DNA of 64,000 bases from Bacteroidales bacterium (lineage in GTDB: Bacteria; Bacteroidota; Bacteroidia; Bacteroidales; ML635J-15), in the NCBI GenBank assembly GCA_016937855.1, contig JAFGVU010000047.1, forward strand, positions 6,265 to 70,264, given 5' to 3'. The notes under the pieces were generated by a model that saw only the letters and a program-made list of their open reading frames with translations, had not been told where the DNA came from and searched no databases. Within the stretch, counting starts at the first letter, position 1. Each line of letters starts with the position of its first letter. Shown piece by piece: positions 18,308 to 27,010 of this stretch. The translations under genes and the position numbers were made by a program.

Positions 18308-20389
18308 TTATAATGTATATTTAATTCCACCAATCATAAAGCGACCAGGCGAGACTTGTCCTTTCCTATCTATATATTCAACATCAAAAATATTTTGAAC
18401 ATCAATATAAACATTGAAAGTTTTGAACAACTCCTTTGACAACTTCAAATTTGTAAGGAAGTAATCTTCTATAAGAAAAGTATTCTCATCATCGGCCCAC
18501 TGAGAATCGGTATAATTGCAATTAATGTGCAAAGAAAAATATTTATTTCTCCAATTGATGCTCGAATAAAAAAGATGTGGTGAAACTTCCACTATATGTA
18601 AACCAGTTAAATCTTTTAATGTACTTGAATCCGTAGTGTTATATTTCAATATTATAGAATTATTATAAGAGTATGTGGCAGCGACAAAAATATTTTTATT
18701 TATCTTGTATTTTAAACTTATTTCTGAACCTAAGACTCTTACCTGTGAAACATTTTCTCTGTACAAAACTGGTTTAAGCTCACTCCCACCCGTGTCAATA
18801 GAATCTCCAGTTCCACCTAAATACTGAAAATCCTCCCCGTTAGAATAATAAAGTGCTGTATTTAAAAAGATATTGTCGAATAATACACGATTATATCCAA
18901 TTTCATAATTTGATAGAGTTTCAGGTTTAAGATTTGGATTTGCAATTCTAAAACCTTTGTTAATTTTACCTGTTTTGCATAAATCATCTAATTTTGGTGG
19001 TTTAATGCCAGTACCGTATGATACATATATGTTTGATTGGCTATCTAATGTGTATTGTATAGATAATTTTGGACTTATCGCATTCCACTGATTGGAATTA
19101 AAACTTTCATAGAAACTTTCTGTAAATCCGGTTGCTTTTGATGGATCAATTATTTCTTGTTCTCCACTTATAAATCTAATCAAATCGTTTCTAACACCAA
19201 AAACAACTTTAAATTTATTTTCAAAAAAACTCATCTCATCTTGAAAAAACAAAGCATAATTGCTCATAAATCCATTGTAGTTAATAATATCAGGGGATGT
19301 CCTGTAAATTTCATCTCCTATAACATCACCAAATTTAACTTCACCGCCAAATGTACAAAAGTGCTTATTAAATATTTCTTTTGACCAAGTTATCCAAGTT
19401 CCTTTATCTCTTTTATCTGATGTCGCTTCTGATAATTTATATTCATTATAATCATTAAGCGATTCTTTAACACTACTGTAATCTTCTTGTTGATAATATA
19501 TCAAGGCTTGAAACTTTGAGTTTTTATAATTTCTAATATATCTAATTTTTGCTTGGTTGGTAATATACATATTATAGCTTCCTGTTTCGACAAAAACTTG
19601 TCTACCCGCTCCTCGTATTTCATCATAATAATCATATAAAAATTCGATACTATTTGATTTATTTAATTGATAACCAAGTTTTGTTCCAGCTCCATACTCT
19701 TTTAAGTATGTTTGTACATCAGTTACATCTCTATTTTCAGGCAACTCAAAAATATATCCATCGCCTTGTCGATAAATTCCGTTAAATGTCCAATAAAATC
19801 CTTTTTGATTTTCTATCTCACTTCCCATTAAGTTCACTGACCCACCGAATGTATTATATTGCCCTCCAAAAGCTTTTAATGATGCTTGTAGATTTTTTGT
19901 AGGTTTTCTTGTAATTATATTTATTACACCTCCCATTGCATTATTACCATACAAGGTCGATCCAGGCCCTTTAAGTATTTCTATACGATCAACATTATCC
20001 GGATTAATACTATGCCAATTTACAGGTCCACCAGATAATTTATTTTTTGGAACACCATCTATTAAAACCAGAGTCCGATCACTGCTTTCTAAACCACGCA
20101 TTGTTACACTAGAGTTCTTAGAATAAACACCCCAACTCCTGTTTACATAAACATTTGCTACAGATTTCAGAATGTCGTCAATATTATTGACAGGGAAGTT
20201 TTCTATTTCAGCACTTTTTATTAAATCTACTTGACCAGGAACATCAACAAGTTTTCTTTCGGTTCGGGTAGCTGTAACAACTACTTCGTTAATCATAATA
20301 ACAGAATCATTGCTGCTAGTATCTCTAACTTGTCCAATTACTGATTGAACAAAAAAAAGCATTACCATATATGATATGATTCTTTTCAT
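18308..20389 (-). CDS. TonB-dependent receptor (693 aa), substrate unknown
   Basis: Plug motifs VVVTATRTERKLVDVPGQVDLI, RGLESSDRTLVLIDGVP and NAMGGVINIITRKP, followed by a long beta-barrel region. Confidence 0.9.
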   Translation of the reverse strand: MKRIISYMVMLFFVQSVIGQVRDTSSNDSVIMINEVVVTATRTERKLVDVPGQVDLIKSAEIENFPVNNIDDILKSVANVYVNRSWGVYSKNSSVTMRGLESSDRTLVLIDGVPKNKLSGGPVNWHSINPDNVDRIEILKGPGSTLYGNNAMGGVINIITRKPTKNLQASLKAFGGQYNTFGGSVNLMGSEIENQKGFYWTFNGIYRQGDGYIFELPENRDVTDVQTYLKEYGAGTKLGYQLNKSNSIEFLYDYYDEIRGAGRQVFVETGSYNMYITNQAKIRYIRNYKNSKFQALIYYQQEDYSSVKESLNDYNEYKLSEATSDKRDKGTWITWSKEIFNKHFCTFGGEVKFGDVIGDEIYRTSPDIINYNGFMSNYALFFQDEMSFFENKFKVVFGVRNDLIRFISGEQEIIDPSKATGFTESFYESFNSNQWNAISPKLSIQYTLDSQSNIYVSYGTGIKPPKLDDLCKTGKINKGFRIANPNLKPETLSNYEIGYNRVLFDNIFLNTALYYSNGEDFQYLGGTGDSIDTGGSELKPVLYRENVSQVRVLGSEISLKYKINKNIFVAATYSYNNSIILKYNTTDSSTLKDLTGLHIVEVSPHLFYSSINWRNKYFSLHINCNYTDSQWADDENTFLIEDYFLTNLKLSKELFKTFNVYIDVQNIFDVEYIDRKGQVSPGRFMIGGIKYTL

Positions 20390-21327
20390 TAGTCTTGCAT
20401 TTTAATTAAAATCTCAATTGTGCCAGAATCTGTCTCATTAACATTTAATACTTTAAATAAACCTTTTTTGCCGTCCTCGGTAACAAATGCATAAATATCA
20501 CCATTACTTAAGTTTTTAGCTTTTCTTTTACCTGTAATAAACTCAAATGAATTATAAACTATTAAGCTGTCATTATTGCAAGCATCAAACTCTGCAATAC
20601 TTATATTATCTTTATATATAAATCTTGTTGTGTTTTTTATCGTCCAATTTGATAAAGCATATGATCCAGTATAAATGGAATTATCTATGCTAGCTCCCGG
20701 TGAAGAAATTGTGTTCTCATCTCCATCAATAAAATCGTAATAGCATAGTAAATTTATTTTTGATTGGTTGTTAAAAGCGTTTTCTATATCGTAAACCTGA
20801 TTCTCTGAAAAAGAATAGAATGACCCCATTGTAGTGTTATTCTGAGCTCCTAAAATAATTGAAGAAATAGTCTCAATACCACCATAAATGGATTCTTCGT
20901 TTTTATGAAATGTGATAGAAATAGTATCAGATTTTCGACCAGACTGATCTCTTACATAAAAAAACCAAGTTTCATTTTCTGCAACTCCCTTTACAATTAA
21001 CTTGTTATAATTAAATTCATTAACGAATATTCCAGTATCAACTCTTGTTATCAGACTGTCATTTTGAATCAAATAATGAAAATGAGTTAATGCAACATTA
21101 CTATTAGTATTTGCAACTATACCTATTAATACTGAATCCCCAAGCAATAAACTAGTATCTAAAAAAGCATACCCCGTTTCTGTCTTAAATTCTATATTTG
21201 GATTGGGATAGTATGTTTCCTCCTGAACACAAGAAGATAGCAATAAACTAATTAACAGTATTGGCGATATGCAAACACTTGCAAGTCGAGATGCCTGAGT
21301 AATTGACAAATGTATATTAGAAATCAT
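20389..21327 (-). CDS. Hypothetical lipoprotein, translationally coupled to the TonB-dependent receptor
   Basis: Lipobox LLLSSC. Its TAA stop overlaps the receptor ATG by 1 nt (TAATG at 20387..20391). Confidence 0.7.
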   Translation of the reverse strand: MISNIHLSITQASRLASVCISPILLISLLLSSCVQEETYYPNPNIEFKTETGYAFLDTSLLLGDSVLIGIVANTNSNVALTHFHYLIQNDSLITRVDTGIFVNEFNYNKLIVKGVAENETWFFYVRDQSGRKSDTISITFHKNEESIYGGIETISSIILGAQNNTTMGSFYSFSENQVYDIENAFNNQSKINLLCYYDFIDGDENTISSPGASIDNSIYTGSYALSNWTIKNTTRFIYKDNISIAEFDACNNDSLIVYNSFEFITGKRKAKNLSNGDIYAFVTEDGKKGLFKVLNVNETDSGTIEILIKMQD

Positions 21328-21337
21328 ATTCCTTTAG

Positions 21338-21898
21338 CTATTTGTTTTTTTTCAAAGTTTGCATGATAGACGACCCTATTAAAGCTCCTAGCATTCCAAA
21401 TGCAAAATGAGTAAAAAGAGGTATAACAAATCCATGTTTAAATAATGAAGAATATTGAAAACCTGTAGTAAGGCTAATAATAATTCTGGAAAGTGGAATA
21501 ATCATATATGTTAATCCTCCAAGTAATGACAAAAAAACAATATTCTTTTGCCATTTTTGAAAAGAATTATATAAAAAGTCCATTGATAGACCTAAAAAAA
21601 CATAAATTAAAGGCATAAAAGGATCTTTAAACCCCATGAAAGGGAAAAAGATAATTAACGCAGCGACCAATGTTGATATGCTAGATGCAAGTTTCATCTT
21701 AGAAAAGCTTCTGCCTGCAATAAGTAATGCCATAACTTCGACACCATGGTGACCTGGTATATTAATAGGTATGCGTAATTTTGCTCTTAAAATAATTGCA
21801 AAACCACCCAAAGCAGATAATAATAGAACTTCTAAAAGTTTGGTATTATTAATCAGTAATACTTTTGATATAGTCCTTTGTTGCAACTTCGAATTCAT
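21338..21898 (-). CDS. Small polytopic inner-membrane protein (about 5-6 TM), unknown family
   Basis: Hydrophobic throughout and contains IPGHHGVEVMALLIAG. The track start at 21910 is TTG and the first ATG is at 21898. Either start overlaps the upstream gene by 50-62 nt, so the true start is uncertain. Confidence 0.6.
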   Translation of the reverse strand: MNSKLQQRTISKVLLINNTKLLEVLLLSALGGFAIILRAKLRIPINIPGHHGVEVMALLIAGRSFSKMKLASSISTLVAALIIFFPFMGFKDPFMPLIYVFLGLSMDFLYNSFQKWQKNIVFLSLLGGLTYMIIPLSRIIISLTTGFQYSSLFKHGFVIPLFTHFAFGMLGALIGSSIMQTLKKNK

Positions 21899-22592
21899 AA
21901 TTACATTCAATATTTTTTGAGTTTACAAATATAGTAATTTTATTTTTCACAATTGCAGGTCTAACCCAATCTCCAACATTAATTTTAGAATAATTTTTAA
22001 TTTCTTTGCCATCCAAATCAATAATTGCATCAATTCTAAGCATTTCAAACAATTTAGATGCAGTATATATTCCATTTAAATCACGAATTTCTTTTCCTTT
22101 TAACCAAATACATCTACCATCATCTCCACTTTTTCTTAATCCAACACCAGCAAGAGCACCAATTACTCCATCTTTTGTTCCAGTTAAACCTTCGAGGGTT
22201 ATTTTTTTTTCGGATGCAATATAATAAGCTTCATCTTTGGTGAGTACTTCTTTTTTTGCTCTATATCCCCAATCTATAATAGTCTGATCAACAACATCCC
22301 AATCCGCAACAGCAAGTCCAACGTCAGAACCTTCTGCGGCAATTTCGCAAAGATAGTCTCTTGCAGTTTGAATTAAGTCTTTTTTATTATTAGATTCAAT
22401 TAGCATACATGCAGAGCTGTTTTGAGAAGTATATGGGATTCTCACGTCAAAAAACAACTGATGTCTACTAATAGTTTCAACAAAACCAAGTAGTTTTGAT
22501 TCAAATAGAGTTCCTAGTTCGCGTGATCTAAAGCCGGTACCTCTAGTATTTTCATTATCGGTATCATCTATTGCAAGCAGATATTTTTTCAT
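21849..22592 (-). CDS. Stand-alone homolog of the N-terminal kinase (TCKD/DUF1743-like) domain of archaeal tRNA-agmatidine synthetase TiaS
   Basis: Three motifs match my recollection of A. fulgidus TiaS. LLAIDDTDNENTRGTG matches GIDDTDS..G. DVRIPYTSQNSSA matches LNPTIPYKTRGNGA. GVIGALAGVG matches GLIGALAAVG. There is no Zn ribbon and no signal peptide. Confidence 0.5.
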   Translation of the reverse strand: MKKYLLAIDDTDNENTRGTGFRSRELGTLFESKLLGFVETISRHQLFFDVRIPYTSQNSSACMLIESNNKKDLIQTARDYLCEIAAEGSDVGLAVADWDVVDQTIIDWGYRAKKEVLTKDEAYYIASEKKITLEGLTGTKDGVIGALAGVGLRKSGDDGRCIWLKGKEIRDLNGIYTASKLFEMLRIDAIIDLDGKEIKNYSKINVGDWVRPAIVKNKITIFVNSKNIECNYEFEVATKDYIKSITD

Positions 22593-22681
22593 GAAGACTT
22601 AATTTGTAATATTTTAGCAAATATATTTATAATCAGAAAGATGAGAAGAAAAAAAGCAATAATTTCATCTATATTGTTAAT

Positions 22682-22707
22682 AAAAAAGGCTGGAAATAAT
22701 CCAACCT
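22682..22707 (-). terminator. Probable terminator after rubrerythrin
   Basis: Minus-strand RNA reads AGGUUGG-AUUAUUU-CCAGCCU (7 bp including one G-U) followed by UUUUU. Confidence 0.5.
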
Positions 22708-22824
22708 AATTAGCGCTTAAACATCGCAAACACGAACTTTTGGGAAAATGAATAAGACCAGTGGGAAATATTAAATTAAATTGACATCTTATTCAGCTTA
22801 AAGTAATGGTTTGCTCATGTTTTA

Positions 22825-23403
22825 TTAATAATTTAGTGCGTGCACTTCAAAATAAGCCTCTGGATGTTTACATGCAGGACAAGTTTTTAAAGCTTTTTTG
22901 CCTTTATGAATATAACCGCATTTACGACACATCCACTCAGTTTCCTCTTCTTTTTCAAAAACTTTATTTTGCTCAATATTTTCTAATAATTTCAGATAGC
23001 GTTTTTCGTGCTCCAATTCAACTTTAGCAATCATCTTAAACGAAGTTGCAACATCTTTAAAACCTTCTTGTTCGGCAACTTTAGCAAACTCAGGATATAA
23101 GTCTGCCCACTCTTCGTGTTCGCCCATGGCAGCAGCTTTAAGGTTTTCGGCTGTAGTTCCTTCTTTACCGGCAGGATACATTGCAGTAATTTCAACTGCA
23201 TCGCCATTATCTAAATATCTAAAAAACACTTTTGCATGTTGCAATTCCTGATCGGCAGTTTCAAGAAAAAGAGCTGCAATTTGCTCATACCCTTCTTTTT
23301 GTGCAATTTTTGCGAACATTGTGTAACGATTTCGTGCCTGTGACTCACCTGCAAACGATTTTAATAAGTTTTTTTCTGTTTCTGTTCCTTTAATTCTACT
23401 CAT
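22825..23403 (-). CDS. rbr: Rubrerythrin
   Basis: Ferritin-like di-iron domain (ESQARNRY, EGYEQIA..F..TA.QE..HA, MGEHEE) plus a C-terminal rubredoxin with CRKCGY...CPACKHP. Confidence 0.92.
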   Translation of the reverse strand: MSRIKGTETEKNLLKSFAGESQARNRYTMFAKIAQKEGYEQIAALFLETADQELQHAKVFFRYLDNGDAVEITAMYPAGKEGTTAENLKAAAMGEHEEWADLYPEFAKVAEQEGFKDVATSFKMIAKVELEHEKRYLKLLENIEQNKVFEKEEETEWMCRKCGYIHKGKKALKTCPACKHPEAYFEVHALNY

Positions 23404-23426
23404 AATAAATATAATTTTAGTTGTTA

Positions 23427-23888
23427 TTAATATCCTCTTTTAAAAGCAGTAATTTTTTCGGGTTTAAGATAAAAAACATTTACATTATCTAAAGCAGGCT
23501 TTGAATATTTAAAATCATCTCGTCCCGAAAACTTTTTCATCACGATGTTTAGTACTCGTTCTTTCTCATCATTATCATCAATAAAAACTACTTTTCCATG
23601 AAAAAGAACAGACTTAAACTTCATAGAATAAGAGCATGCAACGTCCTTGTGTCTAACATTAAGAACCTCGTCAGAGTAAAAAGACACGCATACTTCAGGA
23701 TTTTTGTTTAAGACATCAATTTTACGACCAAACGGAGCACCATGAAAATATAAAATCCCTTGCTCATAACCAAAATTCATTGGAACACAATATGGCAATC
23801 CGTCATCCACCATTGCAAGAGTACAAGTATCCACTGAGTGCACAATTTCGTCAATCTCTTCTTGCTGATTTATTTCAAACTTCTTCAT
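23427..23888 (-). CDS. Pyridoxamine 5'-phosphate oxidase-family flavoprotein (Nim-like)
   Basis: About 150 aa with CTLAMVDDGLPYCVPMNFGY...LYFHGAPFGRK...NPEVCVSF. The track start at 23891 is TTG; an ATG is at 23888. It ends 23 nt upstream of rbr, so co-transcription is likely. Confidence 0.8.
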   Translation of the reverse strand: MKKFEINQQEEIDEIVHSVDTCTLAMVDDGLPYCVPMNFGYEQGILYFHGAPFGRKIDVLNKNPEVCVSFYSDEVLNVRHKDVACSYSMKFKSVLFHGKVVFIDDNDEKERVLNIVMKKFSGRDDFKYSKPALDNVNVFYLKPEKITAFKRGY

Positions 23889-23933
23889 CAAAAAATATTT
23901 TTTAAATCTCCCTAAAATTAAACTTTTTATTTA

Positions 23934-23960
23934 TATTTTTGTTACAATAATAGAATTATT
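23934..23960 (+). promoter_or_regulatory. Candidate ferritin promoter: a -7 box followed by a 6-3-6 palindrome (possible Fur/PerR-type operator)
   Basis: TATTTTTG at 23934..23941. AATAAT-AGA-ATTATT at 23946..23960 lies over the expected transcription start, 28 nt before the ftn ATG. Confidence 0.3.
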
Positions 23961-23987
23961 TTATTAACACTTAAAACTTAAAGTATT

Positions 23988-24482
23988 ATGTTAAAACCAA
24001 AAATTGAAAAGATTTTAAACGAACAAATCCAAAAAGAGGGTTACTCATCATTTTTATATTTATCAATGGCTAGCTGGGCAGAGCACAAAGGAATGCCGGG
24101 CATTGCACAGTGGTTGTATGCACAAGCAGAGGAAGAAAAAATCCACATGCTAAAATTTGTGGAGTATATTAATGAAAGAGGCGGTCGTGCTATTATTCCT
24201 GCATTAGACAAAGCTCCTGAGAATTGGAAAGATATTTTTGTTATGTTCGACGAGGTATTGGAACACGAAAGATACATTAGTGCTAGCATAAACGACATTT
24301 TGGCTCTTGCTGTAAAGGAGAATGATTTTGCTACCCAGAACTGGATTCAATGGTTTGTTACCGAGCAAATCGAAGAAGAGAGTTCTGTTCAAACAGTAAT
24401 CGATAAACTAAATCTTGTTGGGAAAAACAACCTCTATATTTTTGATAGAGATATTATGAGTTTAAGAACTGCTGCGGTTTAA
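23988..24482 (+). CDS. ftnA: Non-haem bacterial ferritin
   Basis: LNEQIQKEGYSSFLYLSMASW...AQAEEEKIHMLKF..YINERGG. Length is 164 aa. Confidence 0.9.
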   Translation: MLKPKIEKILNEQIQKEGYSSFLYLSMASWAEHKGMPGIAQWLYAQAEEEKIHMLKFVEYINERGGRAIIPALDKAPENWKDIFVMFDEVLEHERYISASINDILALAVKENDFATQNWIQWFVTEQIEEESSVQTVIDKLNLVGKNNLYIFDRDIMSLRTAAV

Positions 24483-24503
24483 TGAAAAACTTATTTTTAG
24501 ATA

Positions 24504-24536
24504 GCCCTGCTTATTAAATGCGGGGCTTTTTATTTA
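24504..24536 (+). terminator. Rho-independent terminator after ferritin
   Basis: AGCCCTGC-(9 nt)-GCGGGGCT (8 bp including one G-U) followed by TTTTATTT. Confidence 0.6.
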
Positions 24537-24630
24537 TAATTAATATAGAATAAATAATATTTTTTATTTATCTATTTTTATTACTTTAGCGCCAACAAAA
24601 TTTGAGAATTGCTACTTTAGTTTATTAGTT

Positions 24631-26061
24631 ATGAAATTTTCACCCGAAAAATACAAGATCAAGGATGAAAGGATGCAACCTTTTATCGACATTGAAGAGA
24701 TTGAGAATTTTCTCGAAGAGACAAAAAACCCTTCGGAGGAAGAAGTAAAACGTATAATTGCCAAATCCCTTGACAAGAATAGACTTAACTTAAGAGAAAC
24801 TGCGACATTAATTAATGCCAACAGTCCAGATTTAGTTACCCTGATAAAAAATGGGGCGCGTGAATTAAAAGAAAAAGTTTACGGCAACCGAATTGTTTTA
24901 TTTGCTCCACTTTATATTGGAAACAAATGCAAAAACAACTGCTTGTACTGCGGGTTTAGGTCTTCGAACAAAGATGCGCAACGCAAAACCCTTACCGATC
25001 CTGAAATTGTAAAAGAAATCGAAGCTTTAGAAGATAATGGACAAAAAAGACTAATTCTCGTTTATGGCGAACACGATGCTTACAATCCGGAATATATTGC
25101 ACACACTGTTCGCTTAGCTTATGGCGTAAAAAAAGGAAGAGGTGAAATACGTCGTGTTAATATTAATGCTGCTCCACTTGACATCGAAGGATTTAGAACA
25201 GTACAACGTGCCGGAATTGGAACATATCAGGTTTTCCAGGAAACTTATCACGAGCCTTCATACGCAAAATACCACTTGGCCGGTCCAAAAAAGGACTATA
25301 ATTTTAGATTAACATCTTTAGACAGAGCTCAAGAGGCAGGTTTAGACGATGTCGGAATAGGAGCACTTTTTGGATTATATGATTGGAAATTTGAAGTAAT
25401 GGCTTTGGTTCGACATACAAACCACTTTGAGGCTTGTTATAACGTAGGTCCTCATACAATTTCTTTCCCAAGAATTAAAGATGCCTCAGGATTAAAAGTT
25501 GAAGAAAAATATATTGTTAATGACGATGAATTTGTAAGAATTATTGCAATTCTGAGACTTGCAGTGCCTTATACGGGATTGATTTTAACTGCTCGCGAAA
25601 CAGCACAAGTTAGAGATGAAGTAATAAGTTTTGGCGTTTCTCAAATTGACGGAGGGACAAAACTCGAGCTAGGATCCTATTCTGCTTCGCAAAACGAAGA
25701 GCAAAACCTCAACAAAGAACAATTTGCAATAAACGATACAAGATCATTAGGCGAAATAATTGAAGAGCTTATCGATAAACAATTTTTACCATCGTTTTGC
25801 ACAGCTTGTTACAGGTTAGGTCGTACAGGGGAGCATTTTATGGAGTTTAGTGTACCAGGTTTTATAAAACGTTTTTGTACTCCAAATGCAATTTTAACAC
25901 TAACCGAATATCTTGTCGATTACGCTAAGCCTGAGGTTGTTCAAAAAGGTTGGGAATTAATTGAGAAAGAAATCAAGAACCTTAACGATCCAAAACTTGA
26001 AGTCCAAATTAGAGAAAAAATGGATAAAATTAAAAATGGTGAACGCGATTTATACTTTTAA
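24631..26061 (+). CDS. hydG: [FeFe]-hydrogenase H-cluster radical-SAM maturase HydG
   Basis: Radical-SAM motif CKNNCLYCGF and N-terminal YGNRIVLFAPLYIGN. The HydG-specific C-terminal CX2CX22C motif is present (CTACYRLGRTGEHFMEFSVPGFIKRFC). At 476 aa it is too long for ThiH. Confidence 0.85.
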   Translation: MKFSPEKYKIKDERMQPFIDIEEIENFLEETKNPSEEEVKRIIAKSLDKNRLNLRETATLINANSPDLVTLIKNGARELKEKVYGNRIVLFAPLYIGNKCKNNCLYCGFRSSNKDAQRKTLTDPEIVKEIEALEDNGQKRLILVYGEHDAYNPEYIAHTVRLAYGVKKGRGEIRRVNINAAPLDIEGFRTVQRAGIGTYQVFQETYHEPSYAKYHLAGPKKDYNFRLTSLDRAQEAGLDDVGIGALFGLYDWKFEVMALVRHTNHFEACYNVGPHTISFPRIKDASGLKVEEKYIVNDDEFVRIIAILRLAVPYTGLILTARETAQVRDEVISFGVSQIDGGTKLELGSYSASQNEEQNLNKEQFAINDTRSLGEIIEELIDKQFLPSFCTACYRLGRTGEHFMEFSVPGFIKRFCTPNAILTLTEYLVDYAKPEVVQKGWELIEKEIKNLNDPKLEVQIREKMDKIKNGERDLYF

Positions 26062-26064
26062 ACT

Positions 26065-26334
26065 ATGGAAACAGAAATAAACATTGTTACAATTAAAGTC
26101 CTTGACAGAATTAAGGAAGCTGGTCGTTTGCAAAATATACTATCTGATTATTCCCAAATAATCAATACCAGGTTTGGTTATCATGAATTAAACGACATGA
26201 AATGTAGTAGAACCGGTTTAATAATCCTTGAATTAAAAGGCAGCGATGCTGACTCACACAATTTTATTGAAAAACTCAATCAAATTGGTGGAATTATAGT
26301 TAAAGTTATGTGTTTTAAAAACAAAAAACAATGA
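26065..26334 (+). CDS. TM1266-like small ACT/ferredoxin-fold protein (putative iron-only hydrogenase system regulator family)
   Basis: 89 aa with IVTIKVLDR...LQNILSDYSQIINTRFGYH...GLIILELKG...LNQIGGIIVKV. It lies directly downstream of hydG. Confidence 0.6.
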   Translation: METEINIVTIKVLDRIKEAGRLQNILSDYSQIINTRFGYHELNDMKCSRTGLIILELKGSDADSHNFIEKLNQIGGIIVKVMCFKNKKQ

Positions 26335-26567
26335 ATTACGAAATAATTGGAATATTGGTAAGAAATCCTGCTGCTTGCGGCAAAAAACTGCAAGAACTAC
26401 TTACTCTTTATGGCTGCGTTATAAGAAACAGACTTGGAATCAATCGTGAAGAAGTAAAAGGTGGTATTATTATTCTTGATATTGCAGGTGACTCAGAGCA
26501 AATAAATTTATTAAAAAAAGAATTAAACAATTTAGAAGGAATCGAATATAAACACATAAATCTCTAA
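26331..26567 (+). CDS. Second TM1266-like small protein (paralog)
   Basis: 78 aa with IIGILVRN...LQELLTLYGCVIRNRLGIN...GIIILDIAG...LNNLEGIEYK. An ATGA overlap joins it to the upstream gene. Confidence 0.5.
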   Translation: MNYEIIGILVRNPAACGKKLQELLTLYGCVIRNRLGINREEVKGGIIILDIAGDSEQINLLKKELNNLEGIEYKHINL

Positions 26568-26575
26568 CCAAAACA

Positions 26576-27010
26576 ATGACGAAAATTCTAGCAATTTCCG
26601 AAGCTAATGCAATTGCTTTTCATGCGATGGCATTAATTGCAAAATCTCAAATTTCTATCAATGCAAATGATATTGCAGAAATCACAAACTCATCAAAACA
26701 TCACACATCAAAAGTTTTACAACGTTTGGTTAAGGAGGGATTATTAGGTTCTACACGTGGTCCAAGCGGCGGATTTTACCTAAAAAAACCTGCCAAAGAA
26801 ATTGTTTTAATGGAAATACTTGAAGCCATAGAGGGCGAAGTAAGTGTTAATGAATGTCCTATCGATAATCCTGTTTGTCCGTTTGGCAATTGCCTTATGG
26901 GTGGAGTGTGTTACGAAATTGGAGAAACCATGTTAAACTATCTGCGTGAAAATACGTTACAAAATATTATTGATGAGATTAATCCTGATCTAAAATTATT
27001 TAAAAAATGA
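26576..27010 (+). CDS. Rrf2-family transcriptional regulator with a Cys cluster (probable Fe-S sensor)
   Basis: wHTH ...IAEITNSSKHHTSKVLQRLVKEGLLGSTRGPSGGFYL. The C-terminal Cys motif is CPIDNPVCPFGNCLMGGVC. Confidence 0.85.
   Translation: MTKILAISEANAIAFHAMALIAKSQISINANDIAEITNSSKHHTSKVLQRLVKEGLLGSTRGPSGGFYLKKPAKEIVLMEILEAIEGEVSVNECPIDNPVCPFGNCLMGGVCYEIGETMLNYLRENTLQNIIDEINPDLKLFKK

Noticed and set aside
22639-22707. A 22-codon mini-ORF (MRRKKAIISSILLIKKAGNNPT) in the 232-nt intergenic region.
   Set aside because: It is too short, shows no conservation evidence, and its 3' end coincides with the rbr terminator hairpin.
22806-23027. Plus-strand 73-aa ORF overlapping the rubrerythrin 3' end. 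Similar cases are 24041..24298, 24204..24392 and 24612..24821 antisense to ftn and hydG.
   Set aside because: They are antisense to well-supported conserved genes.
24631-26061. The radical-SAM gene as ThiH or BioB rather than HydG.
   Set aside because: The length (476 aa) and the C-terminal CX2CX22C motif are HydG-specific. No thi or bio genes are adjacent.
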